Shown here one piece after another: positions 10,136 to 19,782 of a DNA stretch of 64,000 bases (the stretch's first letter is position 1; the number at the start of each line of letters is the position of its first letter). The stretch covers positions 4,128,001-4,192,000 of the forward strand of contig OY761556.1 in the NCBI GenBank assembly GCA_963664705.1, in the 5' to 3' direction. The translations under genes were made by a program, and so were the position numbers. The notes beneath the pieces were generated by a model. That model ran no database searches. It was not told the DNA's origin and saw only the letters and a list, made by a program, of their open reading frames with translations. This DNA comes from Acidobacteriota bacterium. GTDB lineage: Bacteria; Acidobacteriota; UBA6911.

Positions 10136-11335
10136 ATGGAATGTTTTCCCAAGGATGAGGCTGCAACATTTTCGCCGCCTCCGTATGCCGTTATTTCGAC
10201 CGCAGAAGACTTTCAAAAAGTGCTTCCGTCGATCCTTGCTGCCCCAAGACTGGCCATCGATATCGAAGCGGACAGCCTGTATCACTACCATGAAAAGGTC
10301 TGCCTGATCCAGGTTTCCACGGATACCGACACTTCGATTCTGGATCCGCTGGCATTGACGGATCTGAAGGAATTGGGCCCTCTGTTTTCAAGCCCTTCCG
10401 TAGAAAAGGTTTTTCACGCGGCAAGCTATGACGTTCACTGCCTGCGCCGAGATTACGGATTCTCGTTCGTCAATATTTTTGACACGCATGTCGCCGCGCA
10501 GCTGCTTGGCTATGAGTTTCTCGGTCTCGGAGCCCTGATGGAGCAGATTCTTGGAGTTTATCACTCCAAGAGGCGACAACGGGACGACTGGTCGCATCGC
10601 CCGCTTGAATCGGAGCAGCTCGAGTATGCAGCCATGGACACGCATCACCTGCTGCGCTTGAGAGACGTGCTGGAAAATGATCTGCAGCAGAAGGGCCGGC
10701 TCAGCTGGGCGTTGGAAGAATTCGAAACCGCCGCGGCCATCGAGCGTCCCGAGAAGGAATTTGATACGGAGGGATTCCGGCGGATCAAAGGGAGCCGTGA
10801 TTTATCCCTGCAGGACCAGGTGATATTGCGCGCCCTCTACCTGCTGCGCGACACAATCGCGGAAAAACTGGACGTCCCGCCTTTCAAGGTCATGAACAAC
10901 TCGGTACTGATCGACCTCGTGCATCGGCCGCCCATATCCCCGCGCGAAATGTTCAAAAGACCGGGGATCTCTTACAGAGTCGCGCGAAAATTTACCTCCG
11001 ATATTCTCAAGACGATCTCGGAAGCTCGCAACCAGGACCCGTCGTTTCTCGAACAACCGCCGCGCAACAGCTGGAAGCCTCCCAGTCGCGCCGCCAAATC
11101 CCGGCTGGAAGCGCTCCGCCTCTGGAGACAGGAGAAGGCGGCCCAGCTCAAATTGCACGTGGGAGTTGTTTTTCCGGCTAATGTGCTGGAGAATCTGGCT
11201 GTAGCGCCTCCCGCGGACATCGATGAACTGGCCGGCATTCCCGGGATGCGCCGATGGCGTGTACGGGAATTCGGCGAGGAGATCGTGAGTATCCTCCGGA
11301 AATTGCAGCCCACGCCCGAAACACCATCCACTTAG
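10136..11335 (+). CDS. rnd: Ribonuclease D (DEDDy exonuclease + HRDC domains)
   Basis: AIDIEAD, CLIQVS, KVFHA..YD, FDT, DWS.RPL, YAAMD. Confidence 0.88.
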   Translation: MECFPKDEAATFSPPPYAVISTAEDFQKVLPSILAAPRLAIDIEADSLYHYHEKVCLIQVSTDTDTSILDPLALTDLKELGPLFSSPSVEKVFHAASYDVHCLRRDYGFSFVNIFDTHVAAQLLGYEFLGLGALMEQILGVYHSKRRQRDDWSHRPLESEQLEYAAMDTHHLLRLRDVLENDLQQKGRLSWALEEFETAAAIERPEKEFDTEGFRRIKGSRDLSLQDQVILRALYLLRDTIAEKLDVPPFKVMNNSVLIDLVHRPPISPREMFKRPGISYRVARKFTSDILKTISEARNQDPSFLEQPPRNSWKPPSRAAKSRLEALRLWRQEKAAQLKLHVGVVFPANVLENLAVAPPADIDELAGIPGMRRWRVREFGEEIVSILRKLQPTPETPST

Positions 11336-11363
11336 ATAGACGCTCGATCGTTTCAGGACCGCG

Positions 11364-12371
11364 ATGCCCAAGGTACGCCTGAAGACGGGTTGGCTGTACC
11401 ACCCGGTAACCATCTTCCTCTCCATCCAGGTTCTCTGGATCCTGCTGATGGTCGTGTGGATCTGGTGGTACATCGAAAAAAATACGCAACTTCGCGCCAT
11501 GGCGGAGCGGTTGCGGACTCACGTCGAGGTGGACGGCTTCGGCTGGATCCCGATGCTGGTCGGGGCTCTCCTGCTGACCCTGTTCCTGGCCGGCGCCACC
11601 GTCATCTTCATCTATTACGTCAAACAACACAGCCTCAACAAAATGCAGCGTGCCTTTGTCTCCAACGTGACCCACGAACTCAAATCGCCGGTCGCCTCGA
11701 TTCAACTGGCGCTCGAAACAATGGCGATAAGGGAACTCTCGCCGGAGAAAAAGCGCGAATACCTGGCCATGATGCTCGACGACACCGAGCGCCTCACCAC
11801 GCTGATCGACAGAATCCTCGGAGCTGCGCGCATTGAGAAAATGCGCGGGCGATATACACTCGCACCCGTCAGCATGCGGCATTTCCTCGAAGAGGTCCTC
11901 ACCGAGGACCGGCATCTCTACGAGAAAGACGGCCGCACCATCATTCTGGAAAAGGGACGAGATGCCCGCGTTGCCATCGACCGAGCAGCCATGCGCGTCG
12001 TCCTGGCTAACCTGCTCGAAAACGCGGCACGCTATTCGCCCAGGGACTCCAAAATTCGGATTCGCCTGCACCGGGACCTGCGGAGCTGCCGGCTCGATGT
12101 CATCGATACCGGCGATGGGATCAGAAGCAAAGACCTCAAAAACGTGTTCAAGATGTTCTGGAGAAGCTCGGAAGAACAGAAATCACGCGTGCGCGGCACA
12201 GGGCTCGGACTCTATATCGTTCGCAATATCGTAAAAGATCATGGAGGCAAGGCATGGGTGTCCAGCCAGGGGATCGGCCGCGGATCCACCTTCAGCGTGC
12301 GCCTGCCCCGCTTCCGGAAATATTGGAGTCTCCCGGCCCGAAAGAGCCTGGTTGCGCAAGCGGAAAAATAG
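11364..12371 (+). CDS. Membrane sensor histidine kinase
   Basis: Two TM helices, H-box THELKSP, N-box NLLENA.RY, DTGDG, GTGLGL. Confidence 0.93.
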   Translation: MPKVRLKTGWLYHPVTIFLSIQVLWILLMVVWIWWYIEKNTQLRAMAERLRTHVEVDGFGWIPMLVGALLLTLFLAGATVIFIYYVKQHSLNKMQRAFVSNVTHELKSPVASIQLALETMAIRELSPEKKREYLAMMLDDTERLTTLIDRILGAARIEKMRGRYTLAPVSMRHFLEEVLTEDRHLYEKDGRTIILEKGRDARVAIDRAAMRVVLANLLENAARYSPRDSKIRIRLHRDLRSCRLDVIDTGDGIRSKDLKNVFKMFWRSSEEQKSRVRGTGLGLYIVRNIVKDHGGKAWVSSQGIGRGSTFSVRLPRFRKYWSLPARKSLVAQAEK

Positions 12372-12407
12372 AATTCGAGGCCTGCTTCAGGCCGCTGTTG
12401 AGCGATT

Positions 12408-13100
12408 ATGAAACCACGCATTCTTCTGGTCGAAGATGAACTAAATCTGGCGCGACCGCTTCAATTCAACCTGGAACAGGATGGATATGATGTCCAGGCC
12501 ACACCGAGCGGGAAAAAAGCGCTCCAGATGCACGCCAGTGAACCCTTCCACCTGATCATTCTCGACCTCATGATCGAGGAAATGGATGGGTTTGAAGTTG
12601 CCCGCCAGCTGCGCCAGCGCGATCAGAGACTCCCGATTATCATGCTTACCGCGCGCTCGGCTATCGAGGATCGCATCCACGGGCTCGAAATGGGCGCCGA
12701 CGACTACATGATCAAACCGTTTCACCTGCGCGAATTGCTGCTGCGAGTCGAACGGATGCTCGAACGCACAACCTGGTACGCTGCTAATACGCCTCCGCCG
12801 CAGCCATTGGTCATCGGCCGCTACTCGGTGGATCTCGAGAAACTCAGCGGCAGCGGCCCGCGCGGGCCGCTGCAGTTGACCGCACTGGAAGCCGGCCTGC
12901 TGGAAACGCTGACGACGCATCCGAACCACGTGTTCACGCGCGGCGAACTCCTGGAAAAAGTCTGGGGATATCACTCGGAAGTGGAGACGCGAACCGTGGA
13001 TAATTTTATTGTTCGCTTGAGAAAGTATTTCGAGGAAGAACCGGAACAACCGCGACATTTTGTGAGCCTTCGCGGCAAAGGGTACATGTATGTTCCGTAA
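12408..13100 (+). CDS. OmpR-family response regulator
   Basis: LLVEDE, ILD, GADDY..KPF, TRTVDNFIVRLRK winged helix. Confidence 0.95.
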   Translation: MKPRILLVEDELNLARPLQFNLEQDGYDVQATPSGKKALQMHASEPFHLIILDLMIEEMDGFEVARQLRQRDQRLPIIMLTARSAIEDRIHGLEMGADDYMIKPFHLRELLLRVERMLERTTWYAANTPPPQPLVIGRYSVDLEKLSGSGPRGPLQLTALEAGLLETLTTHPNHVFTRGELLEKVWGYHSEVETRTVDNFIVRLRKYFEEEPEQPRHFVSLRGKGYMYVP

Positions 13101-13123
13101 TCCACAGGGAGCGGGCGAGACGC

Positions 13124-13172
13124 GATTTCAGATTTCAGATTCCAGATTCCGGATTCCGGATTCCAGATTCCG
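13124..13172. repeat. Heptamer tandem array (GATTYCR)x7
   Basis: gatttca gatttca gattcca gattccg gattccg gattcca gattccg. Confidence 0.9.
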
Positions 13173-13180
13173 TAATATAA

Positions 13181-13374
13181 CCCCGGGCTCGCAAACTCGC
13201 CCGGAGCTACTATCTTTCGCGCCTCCGGCGCTGGATCTTTGTTCCATCTATATACTAAGCACCGGAACCGCGCCTCATCCAGCCCCGGCAGGGGCGATCA
13301 GAAAGTAGCCAGGGGTGAGCGGAGCGAACCCCTGGTAGAGGAGCGAAAAAATTGGAGCCCTGAAGGGGCGAAAG
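13181..13374. repeat. Cluster of GTAG-type REP-like palindromes
   Basis: 13281-13374: agccccggcaggggcg-N-GTAGCCAGGGGTGAGCGGAGCGAACCCCTGG…agccctgaaggggcgaaag; a diverged inverted unit at about 13181-13233; related copies at 47479-47544/49085-49110 and 49266-49360. Confidence 0.85.
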
Positions 13375-13439
13375 AAGGGCAATTGCGAGAGACGCAGGCT
13401 GTCCCGGTGCGCTCCCAGTCTGGAATCAAAAATTTTGAA

Positions 13440-14216
13440 TCAATAGTATTCCGGGTGCTTTTCTTTCAGGCGCGCCAGATTCTTCTTTCGATTCTCGCCC
13501 CGCTCTTCGCTGTTGAACACGGCTTTGGCCGTCAGGCTCGAGTGATGAAGAACGTAGGTATCCAGGGAAAGCCCCAGGACATATCCGGATTTGCGAAGCC
13601 GCCGGCAGTAGTCATCATCATCTCCGCCGTGGCTGAAATTCTCATCCAGAAGGCCGATGGAATCGATCGTTCTTCTCTTGAGCGCCACGCAGAAAAAGGC
13701 GAGCATTCCTTCAACCAGGATTCCGGCACGGCGAAAATGGTAGCCAAGGATCCGGTTGCGTTCGTGCAGATCCTCGGTGAGGAACTTGGGTATCTGGGGC
13801 ACCAGGGTTTCACGTACGCGCTCCACGCACTGCCAGTCGGCCGGGCTTGAATTCAGCGGCCCGACCGCACCGATGCGCGGATGCGTGTTCAAAAACGTAA
13901 TCATGTTTCCCAGCCATCCCTGCGAAACTTCGATATCGTTGTTCATAAGAACAACATAGGGACTCTGGCCAAGCGAAATGCCCTGGTTGATGGCGCCGCA
14001 CCAGCCGCGATTCTCGCGATTGCGGACAATGGTGATGCGGTTCGTATAGATTTTGTGCAGATCGATTGTTTCATCGGTGGAGGCATTATCAATGATGTAG
14101 ATATGAAATGGCACATCCGTGTATCGATAGATGCCTTCAATAAGATTGCGCGTATAGGCGTACTGATTATGAACCGGGATGATCAAATCTGCGGTATTTT
14201 CTGACTGAACGCTCAT
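13440..14216 (-). CDS. Glycosyltransferase family 2
   Basis: IIPVHN, IIDNASTD, N.G…AINQG, LMNND, GGDDDDYC.R. Confidence 0.92.
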   Translation of the reverse strand: MSVQSENTADLIIPVHNQYAYTRNLIEGIYRYTDVPFHIYIIDNASTDETIDLHKIYTNRITIVRNRENRGWCGAINQGISLGQSPYVVLMNNDIEVSQGWLGNMITFLNTHPRIGAVGPLNSSPADWQCVERVRETLVPQIPKFLTEDLHERNRILGYHFRRAGILVEGMLAFFCVALKRRTIDSIGLLDENFSHGGDDDDYCRRLRKSGYVLGLSLDTYVLHHSSLTAKAVFNSEERGENRKKNLARLKEKHPEYY

Positions 14217-14347
14217 GGTCTAATCCTGCATTGTATATTTGCGTCTCCCAGTACATATCGACCATGAGTGGAAAACCTGAATGTTTTTAAGCGGAAGGAT
14301 TTGAGCCGCATCCGGGGCGATTCCGGCGTCTCCCCGGGTGCGGGCAA

Positions 14348-15256
14348 TTATGATTTGGGCGCGTAGTATCCTTTGCGGGCGCGGACGCGAACGCCCCGCA
14401 CTTTGCAGCGCAGATCAATCGAGCGGTAGGATCCGTCCTTTTTCTTATTCGTTGCGCTATACGCCAGGCTGTACTGGCCTTGAATATCCTCGCCGATGGC
14501 CTTGAAGGCATCCTGGATTTCGGTGAACTTGGCGCGTGGAGAGAAGAAGACGCCCCCGGTCTCCTCGGCAAACTTTTTCAGCACCCCGAAATTGGTCGAT
14601 TCATCCCCACGCACGCCGATGCCATAGATGAGCACGTCATTTTTCTGCGCAGCCTGGATGGCGTCCTCCTTTTTCATCTTGCTGGAGGTATCATCCCCGT
14701 CGGTAATGACGACCATGACCTTCCGGCCGACCTCGCCTTTGAGTTTTTCGTCCGCGGCGAGAAATACCGCATCATAGAGAGCCGTGCTGTTTCCCGCCCG
14801 GAGGCTCTCGAGAGCGTTCAGCAGTTCTTTCTGGCTTTGGGTAAAATCCTGAACCAGGTTCACATCCGCGTCGAATTGGATGATCAGCGCAAGATCCTTA
14901 TTGCGACGAAGCACCTCTTTGAAGAATTCCGAGGCGGTGGCTTTCTCGAAATCGAGCTTGTTCTTGACGCTGCCGCTGGTGTCGATAAGCAGGGCAATCG
15001 TCAGCGGGACATCGCTTGTTTTTCCAAGCGTGTCGAAATACTCGATCTGTTGGGGGACTCCGTTTTCGAAGATCTGAAAATCCTCCGCCTTCAGTCCGTG
15101 GACGGGATGTCCCTTTCCATCAACCGCGGTGAAAACCACATTGACCAGGGCTACCTCGGCGCGAATGGTTGTTTGGGCATCCTGGGCTTGAAGGCTGCAT
15201 ACGGACAGAATCGGACTTAAAAGGAGAACGCTGGCGATCAGAGGGTGAATGCGCAT
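14348..15256 (-). CDS. Secreted VWA-domain protein (acidobacterial VWFA type)
   Basis: Signal peptide; LVNV.FT..D..G; MIDAS DTSGS; TALYDAV; ITDGDD; QYSLAY; RKGYYA. Confidence 0.9.
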   Translation of the reverse strand: MRIHPLIASVLLLSPILSVCSLQAQDAQTTIRAEVALVNVVFTAVDGKGHPVHGLKAEDFQIFENGVPQQIEYFDTLGKTSDVPLTIALLIDTSGSVKNKLDFEKATASEFFKEVLRRNKDLALIIQFDADVNLVQDFTQSQKELLNALESLRAGNSTALYDAVFLAADEKLKGEVGRKVMVVITDGDDTSSKMKKEDAIQAAQKNDVLIYGIGVRGDESTNFGVLKKFAEETGGVFFSPRAKFTEIQDAFKAIGEDIQGQYSLAYSATNKKKDGSYRSIDLRCKVRGVRVRARKGYYAPKS

Positions 15257-15265
15257 GGCACCTCC

Positions 15266-16075
15266 TCAATGCGCACGGGGAGTAACCCGCAGCGATATGT
15301 CCACGATTCCGTTTTCATCGTCCATTTTCATATCGACATCGGAATCGGAGATAGGCTCATAGATGCGCGCCTGGTTGAGATACTGTAGGGTGAGGGAAAG
15401 CATTTCCGGATTGAAAATCCCCCCCTCGCTGAAGAAAAGACGTTTTTTCAGATCCAGCGGATTCACGGCACCGCCACTGATAATGTTGATTTTGCCGACG
15501 GTGTATATTTTCCCCTCCGCACATTCCATCGTGCAATCGACAGTCCGTCCCGATTCATTGATGGATTCCCGCAGAGGGCAGCGCGCCCCCATGTAGCCCA
15601 GCGCTCTGAAGGAATCCTCAACTCTGGCCTGCCATTGAGACGCTTTATCCGGGCTGTAGGGCTGATTTTTCTTGAGAGGACATAGCTGCATAAGAGTTTC
15701 CGCGGCAATCGCCTTTGTTTCCCTTACCGCCAATTTTCCCGTTGTGTACCGGGGCCCTTCCTTCACCGTGATTCGAATGACGGCTGTCTTCTCCTCACCG
15801 GCCGCCTGGATCCGAACATCCGGTAATCCTAATTGTACCTTTAGAAAGCCGGCATCCCGGTATATTTTCTCTACCTGGAGCAAATCGTTCGGCAGTAATG
15901 CCGCAACATAGGAATTCCCTTCCCGACAATACCGCAAGGCCATTTTGAGCTGTGCGGTGCTGACCAGCTCATTCCCCTCGAACTGAACGGATGCAATCCG
16001 CGTTGGATGATCCTGGGAGATGGAGACCGCCGGGAATAATAGAAGTGCGGAAAAAAGCAGGCAAAAACTTCGCAT
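15266..16075 (-). CDS. Secreted POTRA-domain protein (no beta-barrel)
   Basis: IASVQFEGN…IYRDAGFL…I.VKEGPRY repeated about three times. Confidence 0.8.
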   Translation of the reverse strand: MRSFCLLFSALLLFPAVSISQDHPTRIASVQFEGNELVSTAQLKMALRYCREGNSYVAALLPNDLLQVEKIYRDAGFLKVQLGLPDVRIQAAGEEKTAVIRITVKEGPRYTTGKLAVRETKAIAAETLMQLCPLKKNQPYSPDKASQWQARVEDSFRALGYMGARCPLRESINESGRTVDCTMECAEGKIYTVGKINIISGGAVNPLDLKKRLFFSEGGIFNPEMLSLTLQYLNQARIYEPISDSDVDMKMDDENGIVDISLRVTPRAH

Positions 16076-16157
16076 AAGAAGGCTTCAGTGGTCATTCACA
16101 TCATTCATGGCGGCTTTTGCCCTGTTTTGCCACAAACCTGTGAACCACACAAAAGAA

Positions 16158-16868
16158 TTAGGTGTTTTCTCTGGAAAAAAGGATGCGGGAGCAGCTGTCG
16201 CAGGCGTGAATGCTTTCGGTGCGCATCAACTCCGCATACATCTGGGGCCGGATACGAACATGACAGGCACTGCAGAGCTCGTCCTTTGCCTCCGCCAGGG
16301 CAATCCCCTTCCTTGCATCGGCGATGCGCCGGTACCTGGACAGCAGTTCGGTTCCGACCTGAGATTCCATCAGTCCTCTCTGCCCGCCCAGCTGCGTCAG
16401 TTCGGCTTCGATGGCCGGAATGGAATCCGCGGCCTTCTTGATCTCTTCCTGGATTGCGGCGCAATTCTTCTGCATTTCCTGTTCCGCGCCCTTCAACTGC
16501 TTTTCCATCCCTTCCATCTCTTCCATGAATTCCAGAATTTTGTCTTCCTCATTGCGGATAGCGTCTTCCGCCATCTGGATTTCGTGAAGCATGGCCGTGT
16601 ATTCCTTGTTGGTCTTGACCGTCATGAGCTGATCTTTCAATTTTGAAAGCTTGGTTCGATTCAGATCAACCTGTCCTTCAAGGGTACGCCGGTGGTTGGC
16701 GAGATCTTTAAAATGCGTAACGCGATCCTGATGTTCCGCACGGATGCGTTGAATTTCACTCTCGAGCTGTTGATTTTTGCTGGGAATTTCGGAGGCTTGT
16801 TTTTGCAGACTGGCGATCTTCAGTTCCAGGTCTTGTAGGGCTATCAGGTTCCGAAGATCAGGATTCAC
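16158..16868 (-). CDS. Coiled-coil protein with C4 zinc ribbon (DUF164 family)
   Basis: GTG start after GGAGG; LIALQDL; NKEY.A…EI; CSACH…CDSCSRIL. Confidence 0.88.
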   Translation of the reverse strand: MNPDLRNLIALQDLELKIASLQKQASEIPSKNQQLESEIQRIRAEHQDRVTHFKDLANHRRTLEGQVDLNRTKLSKLKDQLMTVKTNKEYTAMLHEIQMAEDAIRNEEDKILEFMEEMEGMEKQLKGAEQEMQKNCAAIQEEIKKAADSIPAIEAELTQLGGQRGLMESQVGTELLSRYRRIADARKGIALAEAKDELCSACHVRIRPQMYAELMRTESIHACDSCSRILFSRENT

Positions 16869-17024
16869 CTTTTCGCCCCCTCCAACGAAGCAATCCTGGA
16901 GGAGGACACTGCCCACATTTGGAGCGGGCTGGCATACCTGCAGTCTCGTCTGTCGTTTTGTGCGTATGTCATAAGCCTATACGAGTAGGCAATATACACT
17001 TTAAGGTGGGTAAGTGTCAATTGT

Positions 17025-17055
17025 CAGTAGGCAGCAGGCAGTGGGTAGTGGGCAG
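17025..17055. repeat. Heptamer array upstream of dtd
   Basis: cagtagg cagcagg cagtggg tagtggg cag; reverse complement of the 17543-17584 array. Confidence 0.75.
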
Positions 17056-17099
17056 GATAGACTTGACGAATTCGGGAAAGCACTCCAGAATCTGCCGGT

Positions 17100-17537
17100 A
17101 TGAGAGCCGTTGTGCAGAGAGTGGCAAAAGCGGAGGTTGTGGTTGACGGCAATTGCGTAGGTCGCATTGGACACGGAATCCTGGCGCTTGTTGCAATTTC
17201 GAGAAATGATACCGAGAAAGAACTGCACTGGATGGCCAGGAAAATTGTTGAACTGAGAATGTTTGACGACCCCGAAGGCAAGTTAAATCTCAGCCTGCAG
17301 GAGGTAAAGGGACAGTTGCTCGTTGTTTCCCAATTTACGCTTTATGGAGATTGTAAAAAAGGACGGCGTCCTTCTTATATTGAAGCGGCTCTGCCTGCGG
17401 AGGCGGAAAAGCTATATCACCAGTTTGTAGATATTGTCCGGCAATTTGTTCCGGATGTCCAAACAGGCAAATTTCGAGCCATGATGGATGTCCAGTTAAC
17501 GAATTCCGGTCCCGTCACCCTTATCCTCGAAAATTAG
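17100..17537 (+). CDS. dtd: D-aminoacyl-tRNA deacylase
   Basis: MRAVVQRV, SQFTL, GRRPS, NSGPVT. Confidence 0.97.
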   Translation: MRAVVQRVAKAEVVVDGNCVGRIGHGILALVAISRNDTEKELHWMARKIVELRMFDDPEGKLNLSLQEVKGQLLVVSQFTLYGDCKKGRRPSYIEAALPAEAEKLYHQFVDIVRQFVPDVQTGKFRAMMDVQLTNSGPVTLILEN

Positions 17538-17542
17538 TATTC

Positions 17543-17584
17543 CCCACTGCCCACTGCCTACTGCCTACTGACTACTGACTACTA
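17543..17584. repeat. Heptamer array downstream of dtd
   Basis: cccactg cccactg cctactg cctactg actactg actacta. Confidence 0.85.
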
Positions 17585-17629
17585 TTCGGTTATTGATTCC
17601 TTCGCCGCCGGTTCGTAAGATTAACAACT

Positions 17630-18214
17630 ATGGTACTAAGCAAATTTGCGGTGAACCTCATCTTTGGCATTGTCGTTGCCGTACTTGCAGTGACTGCCGG
17701 GATATTTCTATTTCCCGGAGCCGATCATCCGGCGCAGCGCGAACAGGCGCCGCCAGCCCAGGCCCAAATGCCGGCAAACAATCCGCCGGTGGATTCTGCG
17801 GGCCGAATCCAGGCTCTCGAGCAACTGATGTCGAGAGAGCCTCAAAACGCGGACTATCCCGCGCAGGTGGGAAATCTCTATTATGATCTCGGAGAATATC
17901 CCAAAGCCGCGGAATTCTATCAGAAAAGCCTGAATCTCCGTCCCAAGGACCCCAGCGTCGAAACGGATCTGGCTACCTGTTATCACTACATGGGCCAGGA
18001 CGATAGATCGCTGGAGATTTTGGATAACGTTCTGCGATACAATCCGGGCTTCACGCAGGCGAAATTCAACAAGGGGATTGTGCTGATCGAAGGCAAAAAG
18101 GATGTGAAGCGCGGAATTTCCATTTGGGAAGATCTGCTGCGAACCGATCCCACTTACAGCCAGAAAGCGGAACTGGAACAGCGAATCCAGAAGCTGAAGG
18201 CATCTGTTCAGTAG
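17630..18214 (+). CDS. Membrane-anchored TPR protein
   Basis: N-terminal TM; GNLYYDLG.Y.KA…Y.K.L…P TPR pattern. Confidence 0.85.
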   Translation: MVLSKFAVNLIFGIVVAVLAVTAGIFLFPGADHPAQREQAPPAQAQMPANNPPVDSAGRIQALEQLMSREPQNADYPAQVGNLYYDLGEYPKAAEFYQKSLNLRPKDPSVETDLATCYHYMGQDDRSLEILDNVLRYNPGFTQAKFNKGIVLIEGKKDVKRGISIWEDLLRTDPTYSQKAELEQRIQKLKASVQ

Positions 18215-18228
18215 AAGCCAATAACATT

Positions 18229-18522
18229 ATGGCAACGTTATTTCTTCGCTTTTTCATCCTGGTTTTCCTTCTCTGGCTTCTCCAGCGTTTGCTCTCGAAG
18301 GTACTGCGCCCGTCCAGGCCGAATGCCGAAGGACAAAGCCCTGCAGCAAGCCCGAATAACATGGTCAAAGATCCCGTCTGCGGCATGTACATGGACTCGC
18401 GCCTGGCCATCCGGATGGAGAAACGGAAGGAAACTCTTTATTTTTGTTCGGAAGATTGCAAAAACAAATATCTGGGTAAAGGCACGGAAGAAGCCGGGGC
18501 TCAAAACTCCCCTACCGTGTAA
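18229..18522 (+). CDS. YHS/TRASH-domain membrane protein
   Basis: MVKDPVCGMY…YFCSEDCK. Confidence 0.85.
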   Translation: MATLFLRFFILVFLLWLLQRLLSKVLRPSRPNAEGQSPAASPNNMVKDPVCGMYMDSRLAIRMEKRKETLYFCSEDCKNKYLGKGTEEAGAQNSPTV

Positions 18523-18604
18523 TTTTTCACAGTATGCCATTTCGGAGTTGAAAACCTGGTTTGCCATCGTATAATGGGAATCCCTGGCATCCTGAATAAC
18601 TTAC

Positions 18605-19390
18605 ATGGATGAGGTCCGGTCGAAAGTGGTTGATTTGGATAATCCGCGCTCAAAGAAACCGAAACGATTCTCTGAAGATATGATCCGCGAATGCCTTGCG
18701 GTGATGGAATCAGGTGATATCGAGGACCTTTTTGAAATCATTCCGAGGATCGGGGTGCTTCGCGACAAGCGTTTCCATCAGCCCCTGCTCACATTTCTCA
18801 CAAGCGACGACATCAAGAAATGCGAATTCGCGGCCTACTGCATGGGAGCCATGGCGGACCGGGTGTTCGTGGAACCCCTCAAGACAGCTTTTCTGAAAGC
18901 CCGGCAGCTGAAAGGGTTTGGAGCCCAGGAACTGCAGATCGCTATTATTGAGGCGATCGGTTCAATCGGTGACGATGCCGCGGTCGATTTTTTCCTCCCT
19001 GCGCTGAAGTCATGCTGTGCTACAAAAGCGGCCGGCGAAAGCAAGGGAGCCAGCAGGAATGCCGGGCGGATGAGCAAATGGATCATCGAATCCCTGGGCG
19101 CGATTGCGCAGCAGGGAGGAACGCGTTCATTGCATGCCCTGCTTGAATTGACTTCCCACGATGATGCGGAAATTCAGGCGCAGGCTCTGTCCGAGCTTTC
19201 CGTAGCTTATTGGCACCGACCCAACGAGATAGAAGATTCCACGCTTGAAAAGATTTACGAACTGACCAAGCATGACGATTCCATCGTCGCCGAGTCCGCA
19301 CTCGCGGCACTGCAGAATCTCGCCGATGTGGGATGCCTGCGTGCTGAAGAACTCTTCGCTTCTTCCGAAGATCAGGAAGAAGATCAGTAA
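18605..19390 (+). CDS. HEAT-repeat protein
   Basis: Repeated A..A(L/I)G.IGD.. helical units. Confidence 0.75.
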   Translation: MDEVRSKVVDLDNPRSKKPKRFSEDMIRECLAVMESGDIEDLFEIIPRIGVLRDKRFHQPLLTFLTSDDIKKCEFAAYCMGAMADRVFVEPLKTAFLKARQLKGFGAQELQIAIIEAIGSIGDDAAVDFFLPALKSCCATKAAGESKGASRNAGRMSKWIIESLGAIAQQGGTRSLHALLELTSHDDAEIQAQALSELSVAYWHRPNEIEDSTLEKIYELTKHDDSIVAESALAALQNLADVGCLRAEELFASSEDQEEDQ

Positions 19391-19453
19391 ATCCTGCCAC
19401 CAATCGCCTGGAATGAAGCCGGATCCCCTACCGAAGGCGAAGCCTTTCGCTGC

Positions 19454-19548
19454 AAATTCTGGAGAGAAATTCTGGACACCCATCCAAATTCTGGACACCC
19501 ATCAATTCATATCAAATTTCAAATTCTGGACACCCATCAATTCATATC
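19454..19548. repeat. Stutter of AAATTCTGGACACCCATC (3 full copies + 1 partial)
   Basis: Copies at 19467, 19486 and 19521, partial at 19454; the same CTGGACACCCA core flanks the HUH transposase. Confidence 0.9.
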
Positions 19549-19707
19549 CGCATCAATTCGCTGGTGTCGACAATTAGACTAGACGCTCCGAGTTGACGGC
19601 GGGAGACCACCGCACGCCCTGCATCTCGCCAGCAAGAGCAAATTTGCATCCACCACAGGCCTTTGCCGCCGGGACGTCGGTGCTCCTGGCAGGCCATGGC
19701 TATAGGC

Positions 19708-19760
19708 AAAAAAAAGCCCCGGTGCGCGCACTGGAATCTCTCCTTTGCATGCACCGGGGC
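19708..19760 (-). terminator. Rho-independent terminator of the TPR gene
   Basis: Minus strand GCCCCGGTGCATGCA…TGCGCGCACCGGGGC followed by T8. Confidence 0.8.
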
Positions 19761-19782
19761 AATAATCCTGCGCCGCGTGTAC

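Noticed and set aside
13239-13850. 203-aa plus-strand ORF
   Set aside because: Begins in the REP palindrome and runs antisense to the GT2 gene; the same VARGERSEPL peptide appears in the REP-derived ORF at 49109-49324.
19454-19548. Possible mini CRISPR array
   Set aside because: Repeats are 18 bp with 1-17 bp non-unique spacers and there are no cas genes; better explained as an HUH-associated motif stutter.
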